32,000 bases of DNA from Nitrososphaera viennensis EN76 (GCF_000698785.1 NZ_CP007536.1:480001-512000), one strand, 5' to 3'; positions 16,785 through 24,998 are shown, counted from the stretch's first letter. Made by a program: numbers and translations. The notes: generated by a model from the sequence alone, not told the origin.

Positions 16785-16830
16785 GCCCCTACCCTCCCTC
16801 CCCCTTTCGTGCTCCACTTCTTTTAAACAT
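16785..16830 (+). repeat. C-rich ~45-nt motif, copy A, starting 5 nt after the stop codon
   Basis: gCCCCTACCCTCCCTCCCCCtttcGTGCTCCACttcTTTTAAA shares CCTACCC, TCCCTCCCCC, GTGCTCCAC and TTAAA blocks in the same order with 22630..22675. Confidence 0.7.
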
Positions 16831-16849
16831 GTTTCAATAAACATATGTT

Positions 16850-16905
16850 GCCTGTAGAACGTTGCCAACCTTTTCCCAATCCCCCGATTGGAGTGTTCTA
16901 CAGGC
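16850..16905. terminator. Long hairpin between convergent genes (11-bp perfect stem enclosing a 6-bp inner hairpin)
   Basis: GCCTGTAGAAC (16850-16860) pairs with GTTCTACAGGC (16895-16905). The inner stem is CCAATC (16876-16881) with GATTGG (16886-16891) and loop CCCC. It begins 12 nt downstream of the minus-strand stop at 16917. Confidence 0.45.
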
Positions 16906-16916
16906 TCACCCCCGAT

Positions 16917-17318
16917 CTACGGTTCGATTACACCGGTGGTTTCAAGCGGCTTGCGGCCCATGAACCCCTCGTCCTTGCCGTGCCAGAACTTGATCTCGTC
17001 CTCGCCTGCCTTCCAGCAGAGCCACACTTCCTCCTCAAAGCGCTTTGAGGGAAAGTCAAGCAGCCCCTCGTCCACGCTCTTTAGCATCACGCCAGTAGCT
17101 TCCAGCGCCTCGATGGCCTTGTAGAGGTTGGTGACCGCGGTGTTCAGCTCCTGTTTCTTTTTCATAAAGCGCTCAAAATCGCCGCCCGAGTCGACGACCA
17201 TTTGCAGTTCCTGCTGCAGCACCATCACCCTGTTCTTCTGCGCGACGATGCCAGAAAACATGCGCTTTACCTCCGGCAGGGCCTTGTTTGCCGTCTGGGG
17301 CGTATAGAGCGTAAACAT
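16917..17318 (-). CDS. DUF2203-family protein
   Basis: MFTLYTPQTANKALPEVKRM...LEATGVMLKSVDEGLLDFPSKRFEEEVWLCWKAGEDEIKFWHGKDEGFMGRKPL matches the DUF2203 pattern as I remember it (coiled-coil plus G-hhhK-D...GLhDFP...hhLCWh.GE..h..WH). Confidence 0.65.
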   Translation of the reverse strand: MFTLYTPQTANKALPEVKRMFSGIVAQKNRVMVLQQELQMVVDSGGDFERFMKKKQELNTAVTNLYKAIEALEATGVMLKSVDEGLLDFPSKRFEEEVWLCWKAGEDEIKFWHGKDEGFMGRKPLETTGVIEP

Positions 17319-17378
17319 TTTTTTTCTCTCATGTTTGAGAGCGGCCAGGATTAATTTATGCCTAGCGCACTTACCTGC

Positions 17379-18647
17379 TCAGATGCCGTACGCGGCGTGG
17401 CCGCTCTCCCCGTCGCCATGCACTTCCACCGAGGCCTTGTCCTTTTCCTTTGCCCTTGCTACAAACGGCTTGGCGGTGACGGGCGCCATTATCGTAGTTA
17501 CAAAGCCAATTGCGATCGCCACGGAGAACAGCGTGATGTCAATGATGCCGGCGGCAAAACCTATCGAGGCTATCACGAGTTCTACCATGCCCCTCCCGTT
17601 CATCAGAAAGCCGATTGCGATACTCGTGTCCTGTGGGAACCGCACGAGCCTTGCGCCGACATAGCTTCCGCCTATCTTGGCAGCGACTGCCACTGCGAGG
17701 AGCGCCAAAAAGAGCGGTATTGCGTTTACAAGCGACTTTAGGTCCATGTCGATTCCGATGATCGCAAAAAAGATCGGCGCAAAGAATCCAAACGTGATGG
17801 CAGAGATGATGTTGTAGACCCTGTCAAAGTTCTGCTTGCCGATTATCTCCTTGTAGATGATAAGGCCGGAAAAGAACGTGCCGATGACAAAGTGCAGGCC
17901 GATCTCCTGCGCGATGAGCGACACTGCAATGGTGGTTATCAAGAGTATGCCAAACGCCGCCTCCTTTGTCTGCAGCTTTTTGAAATAGGGCTCCACCTTG
18001 GCAGGCAGCCAGTGGCTGGTTCCGCGCAAGAGCAGGTCAAACAGGAATATCCCTGCAAGGAACGCGGCTATCTTTGCCCCCGACCACGCAACAGCCTCAA
18101 AGTCTATTGCCTGCTGCTGGCCTGCGCCTCCAGCCCCGATCTGCAGGACGATAGAGAGCACCACGAGCGACAGTATGTCGTTAATGACCGCCGCCGTTAT
18201 CACGATGTTGCCAAGTCTGCTCCTCAGTATGCCAAACTGCATCAGGACTATGGCGCTTACCGGCACGGCCGTTATCGAAAGCAAGAGCCCCATAAAGAGC
18301 GACTGGGAAAGCCCAAGGCCAAACGCCTCCGCCACCAAGGTCCCGGACACGAGCGGTATGAAAAACGCGATGAGCGAGATCACGATGGCGTACTTGCCCA
18401 CCTTGCGGATCTCTCTTGGGTTCATCTCCAGCCCGGCAAGAAGCATCAGGAAAAACACTGCAAGGTCAGACAGGACGTCAAGGCTGGGACTGTGCTGCAC
18501 TATGCCAAAGACAGAGGGACCTATCAGCACGCCGGCAAGAATCTCCCCTATGAGCGGCGGCTGCTTTATGCGCTGGAACAGCTCGCCAAGCACCCTTGCC
18601 GCTACGAGTATGACTATTACGCTGACAAAAAGCTCTTCTGCGGCCAC
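17379..18647 (-). CDS. Cation:proton antiporter, CPA2 (Kef/NapA-type Na+/H+ or K+/H+ exchanger)
   Basis: About 12 TM segments. N-terminal LGELFQRIKQPPLIGEILAGVLIGPS is the typical Na_H_Exchanger start. Confidence 0.85.
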   Translation of the reverse strand: MAAEELFVSVIVILVAARVLGELFQRIKQPPLIGEILAGVLIGPSVFGIVQHSPSLDVLSDLAVFFLMLLAGLEMNPREIRKVGKYAIVISLIAFFIPLVSGTLVAEAFGLGLSQSLFMGLLLSITAVPVSAIVLMQFGILRSRLGNIVITAAVINDILSLVVLSIVLQIGAGGAGQQQAIDFEAVAWSGAKIAAFLAGIFLFDLLLRGTSHWLPAKVEPYFKKLQTKEAAFGILLITTIAVSLIAQEIGLHFVIGTFFSGLIIYKEIIGKQNFDRVYNIISAITFGFFAPIFFAIIGIDMDLKSLVNAIPLFLALLAVAVAAKIGGSYVGARLVRFPQDTSIAIGFLMNGRGMVELVIASIGFAAGIIDITLFSVAIAIGFVTTIMAPVTAKPFVARAKEKDKASVEVHGDGESGHAAYGI

Positions 18648-18693
18648 GGCAGTCCTTTCTGTTGCGCGCTGGGGTGAGATAACCCTTCTGGCA

Positions 18694-21315
18694 TTAAACT
18701 ACACTGTAATTGCTTTGCACCCGTGGTTTTTCAGGCAGGCTGCCAAAGTCTACGGACAGTTTCTCGTTTTCAAAGTCGATTGCCGCGGAAAATCTGGACG
18801 GCTTGCCTTTTACATAGAGCGCGCTTGAGAACTCCATTTTTCCAGAGCCCGCCTTTAGCGATTCTGACAACTGCGGGTTGATGCTGATGATGTTGTTTAC
18901 CATGTCGACCTTCATGCCAAGGACCATGTCAAGAAACGCCCTGACGTACATGCCTGCCGACCACGCCTGCAGTATGCACGAGTTAAAGGGCTCCGGCCTG
19001 TCGCCCCTGTACGTCTCGGCAAACATGCCGTTTTCCTCAAGTATCCTGTCAGCCATGATCCTGACGTAGTTGTGCGCCTGCTCCCTGCGGCCAAGGCGCA
19101 GTTCTGCCAGCGCCATCCACCCGGTCACAAGCGGCCACACCGCGCCGTCGTGGTAGAGCGCAGGCTGATACTTCAGGTCGATGTTCGAGAGCGTCCTGAC
19201 GCCCCACGGGGTGGTAATGTCGTCCTTTTCCAGCCTCTCTACCACCAGCCTTGCCCTCTCCTCCTCTGCCACGCCGGCAAGGACGAGCACCAGCGCGTTT
19301 GGCCGTATGCTTGCGTCTTTGGTCCAGTCCTTTCTTATGGTGTCAAAGTAAAAGCCGGCGTCCGGCCTCCAGTACTCCTCGTTTATCTTGCGCTTCAATT
19401 CGTCCGCCCTGTTTGCCCACCTCTTTTCGCTCTCCGCGTCGCCGGCAAGCCGTGCAAGGTCGCTTCCCACCGCAAGGCTCTCGTAAAAGAGCGCCTGAAC
19501 GTCGTTTGCGCTCTTGCGCCTGTCGATGTGGTCCATCCACGTCGAGTCCTGTATCGGAAGCTTCATCGCAATGCCGGAAAACCCGTGCTCGACAAAGCCG
19601 TCGTGGTCGAGGTCCTTGTGCAGGCCCCAGTCCACGAGGTCGACTATTTGCCTCCAGCGCCTCTTCAGGTACGCAACGTCGCCGGTGGCAAGCACGTATT
19701 CCCGGATGGCCCACGGAAAGAGAAAGGTCGAGTCGGCCGAGCCGTAGGTGGTAGAGTGCAAAAAGGCCTTGCCGCTTATTATCATGGGAAGCTCGCCCCT
19801 TGTCACCCCTGGCACGTTTCTTGCCTGGTGCGAGAGAAAGTTGTCGATTACAGTCCGGGTAAAAGAGTAGTCGCCCATCGCAAGGTAGCCCCGGAGCGAC
19901 CATCCCGTGTCGCGGGCCCAGTAGTTTGGAAAGCGCGGCAGGCCCGCGCATATCCCCTCGCCAAGCCCGTCGTACTCGCCCTTTAGGTACTGCAACGACG
20001 CCTTGGCCTTCTCGTACGCGCCGACAAGCCGGGCCATGTCGCTTCCCTGCTTTGGCCCCGACTGCCTCAAGACCACTGTTGACGACGCATAGTCCCGGAA
20101 CGACTGCTCGGTTTCCTGTAGCAGCTCCCGGTAGTGGTTGCGCATGTGCAGAAATTCTGCAAGCGATCCCCTTGCGCTTGTAAAGCTGCCTGCGCCCACG
20201 AGCGCGACCTGCACTGGCTCTTTATTTCCGACCTCGACGTCGTATGACAGTTCAATGTCGTTGTCGTACGAGTTGACCAGTATGTTGCACGGCGCAAGCA
20301 TTTTTGGCGCTATGCCGATTGTGCCAAAGTACTGCGCCGCCTTTTGGTGGGCTGTCCTGATGTGCAGGCACTGGTTCTTGGCGTCAAAGCGGGTGACGTT
20401 GCTCTGCGAGACTGCCGCAAGGCCGTAACTCGTGATGTTGCCGTCGATGATAAAGTGGATCCGCAGCTTGCGCTTTTTGCGGCTCCCGTTTGAAAGGGCG
20501 CCGGTGCTCATGCGCATCTCCATCGCCATGACAAAGCCCCGGCTTTCCGGCGGCACGAACAGCCTGCGCTGGACCTCGATGCCACCCATCTCGTGCCGGG
20601 TGGTAAGCACGCCGTTTTCATGCCTTGACCACACCACGAAATTTGGCAGGCGCTTTCTCACGCCGTCGTCCATGCTTATCTCGACTATTATCCTGCCAAA
20701 GACGCGGGCAGGCGGCACGTACAGCCCGCCGTTGTCGTACTTGACGCCCATCCACGTCCAGTTGGCCGAGAGCGAGCCATGTGATGAGCAGAGGATGTAG
20801 GCCCTCTTGCCGGAGAGGACAAGCGGCGTGGAAAAGTTGCGAAAGACCGAGTCAGAAACTCCGACAAGGTCTACTGACAGGTCCGACGGCAGCACTATCC
20901 GCTCGTTTTGCCGGCCTGCCGTGTCGGAAAAAGTGAAGGGGATGGCAATAAGCTCAAACCCCTCCATCTTGCTCACGAGGGTTATCCTGTGCCTGCCCCT
21001 GCCAAGCCACGAGTCGTTTATCACGAGGAACCTTGCGCTCTGGAACGGCTTGAACGCAATCGGCCGGCTGTCTGAAAGCGAGGAGGCGTTGACGATGCTT
21101 TCCTGAGTCGCCACGTACACGGTCTTTTTCTGCACCGGCAGGTCGTCCACAAAGACGTCAAGCGACACGACGTTTCCGCCAAGGGGCACCGGCGGGTTCA
21201 GGAGCGAAAACGAGAACGCCTTGTGCTCCTCGCCTCCGACCACCACGGTCGTGTTCTTCAGGCTGCCCTTGACGTAGGAAAGCGACGTATGTATGGAGTC
21301 AAGCGCACGCGTCAT
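18694..21315 (-). CDS. Large glycoside hydrolase with C-terminal (alpha/alpha)6 GDE_C (amylo-alpha-1,6-glucosidase-like) domain and ~400-aa N-terminal domain of unknown function
   Basis: RFPNYWARDTGWSLRGYLAMGDY, WMDHIDRR, NALVLVLAGV and YHDGAVWPLVTGWMALAE resemble conserved GDE_C blocks. Confidence 0.75.
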   Translation of the reverse strand: MTRALDSIHTSLSYVKGSLKNTTVVVGGEEHKAFSFSLLNPPVPLGGNVVSLDVFVDDLPVQKKTVYVATQESIVNASSLSDSRPIAFKPFQSARFLVINDSWLGRGRHRITLVSKMEGFELIAIPFTFSDTAGRQNERIVLPSDLSVDLVGVSDSVFRNFSTPLVLSGKRAYILCSSHGSLSANWTWMGVKYDNGGLYVPPARVFGRIIVEISMDDGVRKRLPNFVVWSRHENGVLTTRHEMGGIEVQRRLFVPPESRGFVMAMEMRMSTGALSNGSRKKRKLRIHFIIDGNITSYGLAAVSQSNVTRFDAKNQCLHIRTAHQKAAQYFGTIGIAPKMLAPCNILVNSYDNDIELSYDVEVGNKEPVQVALVGAGSFTSARGSLAEFLHMRNHYRELLQETEQSFRDYASSTVVLRQSGPKQGSDMARLVGAYEKAKASLQYLKGEYDGLGEGICAGLPRFPNYWARDTGWSLRGYLAMGDYSFTRTVIDNFLSHQARNVPGVTRGELPMIISGKAFLHSTTYGSADSTFLFPWAIREYVLATGDVAYLKRRWRQIVDLVDWGLHKDLDHDGFVEHGFSGIAMKLPIQDSTWMDHIDRRKSANDVQALFYESLAVGSDLARLAGDAESEKRWANRADELKRKINEEYWRPDAGFYFDTIRKDWTKDASIRPNALVLVLAGVAEEERARLVVERLEKDDITTPWGVRTLSNIDLKYQPALYHDGAVWPLVTGWMALAELRLGRREQAHNYVRIMADRILEENGMFAETYRGDRPEPFNSCILQAWSAGMYVRAFLDMVLGMKVDMVNNIISINPQLSESLKAGSGKMEFSSALYVKGKPSRFSAAIDFENEKLSVDFGSLPEKPRVQSNYSVV

Positions 21316-21423
21316 GTCTTACGGTCTGAAAGGATGCATACATACGCATATTTGAAACCTTTTCGCGTACTCGGTCAGGATTGCATAACCATTTTAAGCA
21401 GTCAAACCATACGCTTGCATGGC

Positions 21424-22629
21424 ATGAAGCTGGACTTTCCCAGGTACACAGAGAGGCTTGGAGCCGTAAGCATCCATGGGGTGCAGAGGATCTACGAGCT
21501 TGATTCGGGCAAGTCCAAGGGGTTCCTCACTTCCCACCAGACGATAAAAAAATTCGACTACGACGAGATCTCCAACATACTCCACGACATGGCAATCGTG
21601 GTGCCGGTGAAAGACGAGAAGCTGAAACTGCTCGAAGGCGTCCTTTCAGGCATACCAAACGAGTGCCTTGTGATAATAATATCAAACAGCCCTAGAAACC
21701 CCGTCGACAGGTTCACCATGGAAGCCGAGACCGTGAGGCAGCTAGGCCGGTTCATGGACAAGCGCATAGTGGTGATGTACCAGCGCGACCCGGCGCTTGG
21801 CGACATCTTCAAGAAGCTCGGCTACGACTCGATCCTTGCGCCCGACGGAAACGTGAGGAACGGAAAAGCCGAGGGCATGGTTATTGGCATGCTGATTGCC
21901 AAGATGTACCAGAAGGACTATGTCGGCTTTATCGACAGCGACAACTATGTCCCCGGCGCCGTCAACGAATACGTGAAAATATTTGCAGCCGGCTTTGGCA
22001 TGGCAAGCACGCCGTACAGCAACATCCGCGTCTCGTGGGTCTTCAAGCCAAAGGTGCGCAACAACTCGCTCCAGTTCTCAAAGTGGGGCCGCGTGTCAGA
22101 AGTCACAAACAAGAACCTCAACTCAATGCTCTCAGGCATCACCGGCTTTGAGACCGAGGTTATAAAGACAGGGAACTCTGGCGAGCACGCGCTCTCGATG
22201 CCGCTTGCAGAGTCCCTCCACTACTCTAGCGGCTACTCGATAGAGCCTTACGAGTTTGTCGACATTTTTGAAAAGTTCGGGGGCCTCCTGCCGTCAGACT
22301 ACCCAAACGCCATAGAAAAGGGGGTCGAGATATTCCAGATAGAGACGCGCAACCCGCACTTTCACGAGGACAAGGGCAAGTCGCACCTCAACGAGATGCT
22401 CGAAGCGGCGCTTGCGACAATAGCAGGGAGCAAGATATGCCCGCCGGACCTCAAGGAGGGGCTTGACGACCAGATAGCGCACATGTCGGGCATAAAGAGT
22501 CACAAAAAGCCGGACTACCGCAAAAAGTACCCTGTCATCGAGCCGATAAGCGCCATCCCCATAGAGGAATTTGCAAAAAACCTGAGGGAAAAGGTCGAGA
22601 CCTTTTTCAGGTATGGCGGATTAAAGTGA
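21424..22629 (+). CDS. mpgS: Mannosyl-3-phosphoglycerate synthase (GT55)
   Basis: Colinear with archaeal MpgS as I remember it: MKLDFPRYTERLGAVSIHGVQRI, AIVVPVKDEKLKLLEGVLSGIP, YVGFIDSDNYVPGAVNEYVKIFAAGF, GNSGEHALSMPLAE..SSGYSIEPYEFV, IFQIETRNPHFHEDKGKSHLNEM. The ATG at 21424 fits the homolog N-terminus; the track ORF start at 21223 overlaps the divergent gene. Confidence 0.9.
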   Translation: MKLDFPRYTERLGAVSIHGVQRIYELDSGKSKGFLTSHQTIKKFDYDEISNILHDMAIVVPVKDEKLKLLEGVLSGIPNECLVIIISNSPRNPVDRFTMEAETVRQLGRFMDKRIVVMYQRDPALGDIFKKLGYDSILAPDGNVRNGKAEGMVIGMLIAKMYQKDYVGFIDSDNYVPGAVNEYVKIFAAGFGMASTPYSNIRVSWVFKPKVRNNSLQFSKWGRVSEVTNKNLNSMLSGITGFETEVIKTGNSGEHALSMPLAESLHYSSGYSIEPYEFVDIFEKFGGLLPSDYPNAIEKGVEIFQIETRNPHFHEDKGKSHLNEMLEAALATIAGSKICPPDLKEGLDDQIAHMSGIKSHKKPDYRKKYPVIEPISAIPIEEFAKNLREKVETFFRYGGLK

Positions 22630-22675
22630 CCGCCTACCCACTCTCCCTCCCCCCACGGTGCTCCACGCCTTAAAT
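22630..22675 (+). repeat. C-rich ~45-nt motif, copy B, starting immediately after the mpgS stop
   Basis: ccgCCTACCCactcTCCCTCCCCCcacgGTGCTCCACgccTTAAA; see copy A at 16785..16830. Confidence 0.7.
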
Positions 22676-22698
22676 GCGGCCGGCGGTACACAAGCTTT

Positions 22699-22905
22699 GT
22701 GACGACAGCAGCAGAAACCAGGCTTGAAGAGCTTGAGGCAAAAGGGGAGGAGGAAGAAGAGGAGAAGAAGGAAAGTGTAGCGCTACTCGAGCAGGACATT
22801 GAATGTCCGCGGTGCCACGACTCGATGGCGCTGTGCTCGGATTTTGACAGCCTGTACTACACCTGCGAAGAGTGCGACTTTACCCTTTACACGATAAAAA
22901 GATAA
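22699..22905 (+). CDS. Small acidic protein with C-terminal C4 zinc ribbon (GTG start)
   Basis: Glu-rich N-terminus, then CPRC-x23-CEEC. Confidence 0.5.
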   Translation: MTTAAETRLEELEAKGEEEEEEKKESVALLEQDIECPRCHDSMALCSDFDSLYYTCEECDFTLYTIKR

Positions 22906-22926
22906 AGATAGAAAAAGGACTTTTTA

Positions 22927-23496
22927 TCATCCCTCTGCGATCTTTTCTACAGGCTCGCCTGTTGGCAGCGGCGCATCCCTGTCAACCTTGTACTTGAACA
23001 CGTCCTTGTAGTCCATTCCAAGGATGATGTTTCTGCCGACTGCGATTATCTTTGACTTGGGGACGTCAAAGCGCCAGTCATAGTGACCCCATATCACCAC
23101 CTTGTCGTCAGTCTCTTTCATCACGTGGCCGACATGCTCTTCGTCCTGCGTCCTGACGCCCTTGTTGAATAGCGAGCGCGGATACTTGCCTTCGTATGCT
23201 GCAAGGTCTACGGGTTCGGGCAGGTCTGTCGCGTGGACATGTTCCCGGTCAGTCGGTAGCGGTTCGTTTCTGCTCACTTTGTATTTCTTTACGACCTCGT
23301 AGAACGGCAAATCCACAAGCACGTTGGCCGCCGCAAAGCGGATCTTGTCCTTTGGAATATCGTACCGGTCATCGCCTTCCCCAAATATCACTATCTTGTC
23401 AGCCGTTTCTCTTACTACGTGACCAATGTGTGGGGCATCCAGTGCCTTTACGCCCTTGTTGAAATATTTACCTGACGCCATATGTCTGCTCACCAT
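22927..23496 (-). CDS. Protein made of two tandem ~85-aa PRC-barrel-like repeats
   Basis: The internal duplication is directly visible. GKYFNKGVKALDAPHIGHVVRETADKIVIFGEGDDRYDIPKDKI...YKVSRNEPLP aligns with GKYPRSLFNKGVRTQDEEHVGHVMKETDDKVVIWGHYDWRFDVPKSKI...YKVDRDAPLP. Confidence 0.6.
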   Translation of the reverse strand: MVSRHMASGKYFNKGVKALDAPHIGHVVRETADKIVIFGEGDDRYDIPKDKIRFAAANVLVDLPFYEVVKKYKVSRNEPLPTDREHVHATDLPEPVDLAAYEGKYPRSLFNKGVRTQDEEHVGHVMKETDDKVVIWGHYDWRFDVPKSKIIAVGRNIILGMDYKDVFKYKVDRDAPLPTGEPVEKIAEG

Positions 23497-23645
23497 AGAT
23501 CTTGTTTTCCAGCTATTTTTGTTTGATAGAAAAAGTGTCTATATCTATGCATACCGGCCTGCATCCAAGACTTGTGCATAGCGTCTTTGTCACCGGCAGC
23601 AATAAAGAAGAAATAGCAAAAGTATCGTGTATTGTCCGTCGGTTG

Positions 23646-24998
23646 ATGATCAAAAACCGCGCGGACCTTGAAAGGGTGCACGGCAGGGGCGCCGGGATAG
23701 CGCTTGGTGCAGTCGAGGCCGCGATAAAAAGCGTCGAGCCGGGGACGCTTGTAAAGCGTGCAGTCAGGGCAGGCAACAAAGGCTCGATCACGTTTTCCGA
23801 CATTTGCGGCAGGTCGTTTACGGTAAGGGGTTTCAAAGAAGTTTACGTTGTCGGTGCAGGCAAGGCAGCCGCGCCAATGGCCGCGGCTGTATCAAAGATA
23901 TTGAAAGGAAGGGTCGCTGGCGGCGCAATAAACGTCCCCAGAGGAGCGCGTTTTGCAGCAGCAATCGACCACGTTTCAACTACATGCGCTTCGCATCCCG
24001 TCCCCGATGAATGCGGCGTCAGGGGAGCGAAAAAGATCGCAAGGGTGCTCGAAAAAGCAGATGAAGACGACCTTGCAATAGTCCTGATATCTGGCGGCGG
24101 CTCGGCGCTCTTGCCGCTCCCCGCAGACGGCATATCGCTTTTTGACAAGCAGCAGGCCACAAAGGCCCTGCTTGCATCAGGAGCGTCCATCCACGAGATA
24201 AACGCGGTGAGAAAGCACCTGTCGGCAATCAAGGGAGGCCAGCTTGCAAGGCGCGCAAGGTGCAGGGTAGTCTCGCTTGTCCTGTCAGACGTCATCGGCG
24301 ACGACCTTGCAGTCATTGCGTCTGGCCCCACGTTTCCAGACCCGACCACGTATTCCGACGCGCTAGAGATAGTCAAAAGATACAGAATTGGAAATGCAAA
24401 GGTATCAAGGTATCTTGAAAAGGGGGCAGACGGCAAGATCGCCGAGACGCCCAAGCCGGGCGATCCGCTGTTTAGCCGCGTCAGGAACATCCTGATAGGA
24501 AACAACCAGGTTGCCTGCGAGAGTGCCGCCAGGTACCTTGCGCGGCGAGTATCAGCAGTCGAGAGCCTCGGGTCTGAATTTGACGGGGAAGCGCAAGACT
24601 TTGGCAGGTTTGTCGCCAAGGTCGCGTCTGGCAGGCCCGGCCCGTTTGCAATAGTCGCAGGGGGAGAAACGACCGTGAGGCTTGGAAACGCGACAGCAGG
24701 CAAGGGCGGAAGAAACCAGGAAGCAGCTCTTGCCTGCGCCCTTGCGCTCAAAGAGCCAAAAGGCATGACGGCGGCGTTTGTCGGGACTGACGGGATTGAC
24801 GGCAATTCCGATGCCGCCGGCGCCATAATTTCAGAAAGGTCTGCCAAGGCAGTAGCGGCAGACAGGGCAAATGCGCGGCGTTACCTGCGCGGCCACGACA
24901 GCTATAGCGCGCTCAAAAAGATGGAATCGCTGGTATTCACCGGTTACACTGGAACCAACGTAAACGACATTGCAATAGCACTGAGGCTCAATAGCTGA
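23646..24998 (+). CDS. Glycerate 2-kinase / hydroxypyruvate reductase family (DUF4147 + MOFRL, TtuD-type)
   Basis: VVGAGKAAAPMA, LISGGGSALL, INAVRKHLSAIKGG, LSDVIGDDL..IASGPT, GGETTV and GTDGIDG are hallmarks of class-II glycerate kinases. The ATG at 23646 is preferred over the track start at 23502. Confidence 0.85.
   Translation: MIKNRADLERVHGRGAGIALGAVEAAIKSVEPGTLVKRAVRAGNKGSITFSDICGRSFTVRGFKEVYVVGAGKAAAPMAAAVSKILKGRVAGGAINVPRGARFAAAIDHVSTTCASHPVPDECGVRGAKKIARVLEKADEDDLAIVLISGGGSALLPLPADGISLFDKQQATKALLASGASIHEINAVRKHLSAIKGGQLARRARCRVVSLVLSDVIGDDLAVIASGPTFPDPTTYSDALEIVKRYRIGNAKVSRYLEKGADGKIAETPKPGDPLFSRVRNILIGNNQVACESAARYLARRVSAVESLGSEFDGEAQDFGRFVAKVASGRPGPFAIVAGGETTVRLGNATAGKGGRNQEAALACALALKEPKGMTAAFVGTDGIDGNSDAAGAIISERSAKAVAADRANARRYLRGHDSYSALKKMESLVFTGYTGTNVNDIAIALRLNS

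Noticed and set aside
16917-16935. tRNA T-arm-like GGTTCGATT
   Set aside because: It lies inside the 3' end of the DUF2203 coding sequence, and no acceptor or anticodon stems can be drawn around it.
17892-18828. 261-aa and 276-aa plus-strand ORFs opposite the CPA2 antiporter
   Set aside because: These are mirror-frame artefacts of a GC-rich membrane-protein gene. The translations are Arg/His/Gln-rich with no domain pattern.
19072-19986. 304-aa plus-strand ORF and other ORFs inside the GDE_C hydrolase gene
   Set aside because: This is the antisense frame of a strongly supported 873-aa gene, and the composition is biased (R/P/V/A-rich).
21223-21423. N-terminal extension of mpgS in the track ORF (start at 21223)
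   Set aside because: The extension overlaps the divergent hydrolase gene and the promoter region. The homolog N-terminus aligns with the ATG at 21424.
22627-22905. The mpgS TGA stop is in frame with the downstream zinc-ribbon ORF, so read-through would fuse them. Copy A of the C-rich motif is also in frame after its stop codon.
   Set aside because: I saw no selenocysteine or pyrrolysine-type signal. The zinc-ribbon ORF has its own GTG start. The in-frame relation can be coincidence (1 in 3). I keep it only as a remote possibility under the C-rich motif finding.
23843-24847. 334-aa minus-strand ORF opposite the glycerate kinase gene
   Set aside because: This is an Ala/Ser/Pro-rich antisense artefact. 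The glycerate kinase motifs are unambiguous on the plus strand.
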